The notes under the pieces were generated by a model, which saw nothing but the letters and a program-made list of their open reading frames with translations, ran no database searches and was not told the origin of the DNA. Source: a virus (Duplodnaviria; Heunggongvirae; Uroviricota; Caudoviricetes). Taken from it: a DNA stretch of 16,062 bases. Each line of letters begins with the position of its first letter. Within the stretch, counting starts at the first letter, position 1. The position numbers were made by a program, and so were the translations under genes. Below are positions 14,412 to 16,062 of this stretch, one piece after another. The stretch lies in the IMG/VR virus record IMGVR_UViG_2698536355_000012, positions 1 through 16,062 of that record; one strand, written 5' to 3'.

Positions 14412-15469
14412 GAGCACTGCTGACAGCCGAAACGGTACCGCGCCTCGGCCTGGTGCTGCTGAAGCCGGGTAAAGACCTGATGCGCCTGTTCAGTGGCGGC
14501 CGTGTGCTGGTGGAGTCCGAGCCCAGGAGTATGGCCGCGCTTCCGTCAGGCCGTGTTCCCGATGCCCGGCAGCCGCTGGCTGATGATCCGCTTCTTATTT
14601 CCTTCTTCACCGACGAGCGGGTCATACGCGCCGCCGGCGGATTGCCCGGGCTCGAGTCCTGGCTGCTGCACCGTGTGCGTCAGTGCCAGTATCAGCACTC
14701 CGGCTACCACCATAAGGAGCTGGTCACAATGCGCCACCCGCCCGGGGCGATGGTGCTGTGCTGGCATTGCGATAACGAGCTACGCCAGCAAACGACAGAG
14801 CAGCTGGCGGAGCTGGCGCGCCGTAACGTTGTCGCCTGGGTGATCGATACCGTTCTGGCAGCGCTGGGTTTCAATAATGAGCGGGAATTGTCGCTGGGTG
14901 AGCTGTGCTGGTGGGCGGTCTGTGCAGGTATCGCCGGTGCAATCCCTGAAACGATGGCCCGCCGCGCGCTGCAGATGCCTGATGAGCCGTTTCTGCCGTT
15001 TTACCGGGAAAGCGATATTGTGCCAATGCCGCCGGCCACCAGCATCCTGCAGGAGAAGGCTGCAACCGCAGGAGCAGTAAAACAGCGCAGGAGCAGCACA
15101 AACCCGCAGGAGGTGCAGAAGCAGCCCGCAGTGCTGGCGCTGAGGATCGATCCGGAATCGCCGGAATCATTCATGCTGCGACCGAAGCGCCGCCGCTGGG
15201 TAAACGAGAAATACACCCGCTGGGTAAAGGTTCAGCCCTGTGAAGGTTGCCGCCGTCCGGCAGACGACCCGCACCATATCATCGGGCATGGTATGGGCGG
15301 TACAGCCACAAAAGCCCACGACCTCTTCGTGATCCCTCTGTGCAGAGAGTGCCACGACGAGTTGCACGCCGATGTAGCGGCATTCGAGAAGAAGCACGGC
15401 ACGCAGCTGGAGCTGCTGTTTCGTGTTCTGGATCGGGCGCTGGCGATCGGCGTAATTGTAAAAGCTTAA
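14408..15469 (+). CDS. NinG/DUF968-like protein with C-terminal HNH-like Cys/His motif
   Basis: 353 aa; GTG 14408 overlaps the upstream stop. C-terminus CEGCRRPADDPHHIIGHGMGG...CRECHDELH resembles the zinc/HNH-like motif of DUF968-type phage proteins usually found between rusA/nin genes and Q. Confidence 0.55.
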   Translation: MRALLTAETVPRLGLVLLKPGKDLMRLFSGGRVLVESEPRSMAALPSGRVPDARQPLADDPLLISFFTDERVIRAAGGLPGLESWLLHRVRQCQYQHSGYHHKELVTMRHPPGAMVLCWHCDNELRQQTTEQLAELARRNVVAWVIDTVLAALGFNNERELSLGELCWWAVCAGIAGAIPETMARRALQMPDEPFLPFYRESDIVPMPPATSILQEKAATAGAVKQRRSSTNPQEVQKQPAVLALRIDPESPESFMLRPKRRRWVNEKYTRWVKVQPCEGCRRPADDPHHIIGHGMGGTATKAHDLFVIPLCRECHDELHADVAAFEKKHGTQLELLFRVLDRALAIGVIVKA

Positions 15470-15483
15470 GTATGGAGAGCAGA

Positions 15484-16062
15484 ATGATCAATCCTTCAGT
15501 AGTTGGTAAAAGCGATGAAATGGTGCGCTTACGTACACTTGAGAGCGTCTGGATTCAAGGGAAATTGAGAATGTGGGGATGCTGGTCCTGCATTGGTAGC
15601 GGTTCTGGAGGCAACATGTTTAACCAGTTGTTGGCATCAGGAAAAGTTACCAAAACAGCTATTAACGATGCTATTCGCCGTATGAAAAAATCTGGTATTA
15701 CCAAACCTGAGTTGGAAGCGTTTTTCCTCGAAATTCTCAGGGGAAAGAAAAAAAGCAATCTTGCGTTCTGCACGGATGAGGAAGGACTGGCGACTGACGC
15801 CGTCCTCAGTGAAGTGCTGGTGCGTCCTGGGCACAAGCGTTTGTACCATGTAATTAGTGATCGCTATCGTTATCGAATGAGTAAGAAGGAAATGGCTCGA
15901 CAATTAAACGAGCGACATCCTGAATGGTGCTTGCGAACATGTGAAAGCAGAATTGATGTCTGGTTAAATATGGCGGAATCGATGCTATATCAACCAATGT
16001 GTGATGCTTTCGACACAAATGGCGACAGATTTTCATTGACGGATTGCGCAGAAACTGCTTAA
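15484..16062 (+). CDS. Putative late-gene antiterminator Q-like protein
   Basis: 192 aa from ATG 15484 (GGAGAG upstream); the listed ORF start 15247 overlaps the previous gene and is treated as an extension. Last gene of the early-right operon, basic with a Cys cluster (WGCWSC). Assignment is by position and general character, not verified similarity. Confidence 0.45.
   Translation: MINPSVVGKSDEMVRLRTLESVWIQGKLRMWGCWSCIGSGSGGNMFNQLLASGKVTKTAINDAIRRMKKSGITKPELEAFFLEILRGKKKSNLAFCTDEEGLATDAVLSEVLVRPGHKRLYHVISDRYRYRMSKKEMARQLNERHPEWCLRTCESRIDVWLNMAESMLYQPMCDAFDTNGDRFSLTDCAETA

Noticed and set aside
15247-15483. Upstream extension of the Q-like ORF (271 aa version)
   Set aside because: It overlaps the 3' end of the DUF968-like gene out of frame and is Arg/Pro/Ser-rich; ATG 15484 follows the upstream stop and a GGAGAG RBS.
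1-16062. Searched by eye for tRNA genes, CRISPR arrays and IS elements
   Set aside because: No T-loop-like GGTTCGAATCC-type motif inside a cloverleaf-sized context, no regularly spaced short direct repeats with unique spacers, and no transposase-like ORF or terminal inverted repeats flanking one. The only periodic repeats found (9562-9693) fit replication iterons, not CRISPR.

Overview
The window reads as the early region of a lambdoid (P22-like immunity, KplE1/CPS-53-like accessory genes) enterobacterial prophage. All calls rest on reading the supplied ORF translations and the DNA by eye; no database search was run, and family names come from recalled motifs. Layout: integrase and excisionase at the left edge (the att site must lie just outside the window, left of position 1); a tightly packed leftward early operon (LexA-DNA-binding-domain protein, DEDDh exonuclease, two Ea22-like modular proteins, HNH nuclease, HD phosphohydrolase, YfdQ- and YfdP-like proteins); an ~850 bp ORF-poor, hairpin-rich leader; a PL-like promoter with operator repeats and a terminator; P22-C2-like repressor and Cro; a rightward operon with a CII/YdaT-like protein, a replication initiator carrying an internal iteron origin, translationally coupled Dam-like and very large C5-cytosine methyltransferases, RusA, two tandem Rha-domain proteins, a NinG/DUF968-like protein and a putative Q antiterminator. 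No tRNA, rRNA, CRISPR array or IS element was recognised. The best candidates for something undescribed are the ORF-poor structured leader where an N-like antiterminator would be expected, the oversized repeat-containing C5-methyltransferase, and the stand-alone LexA DNA-binding-domain protein.
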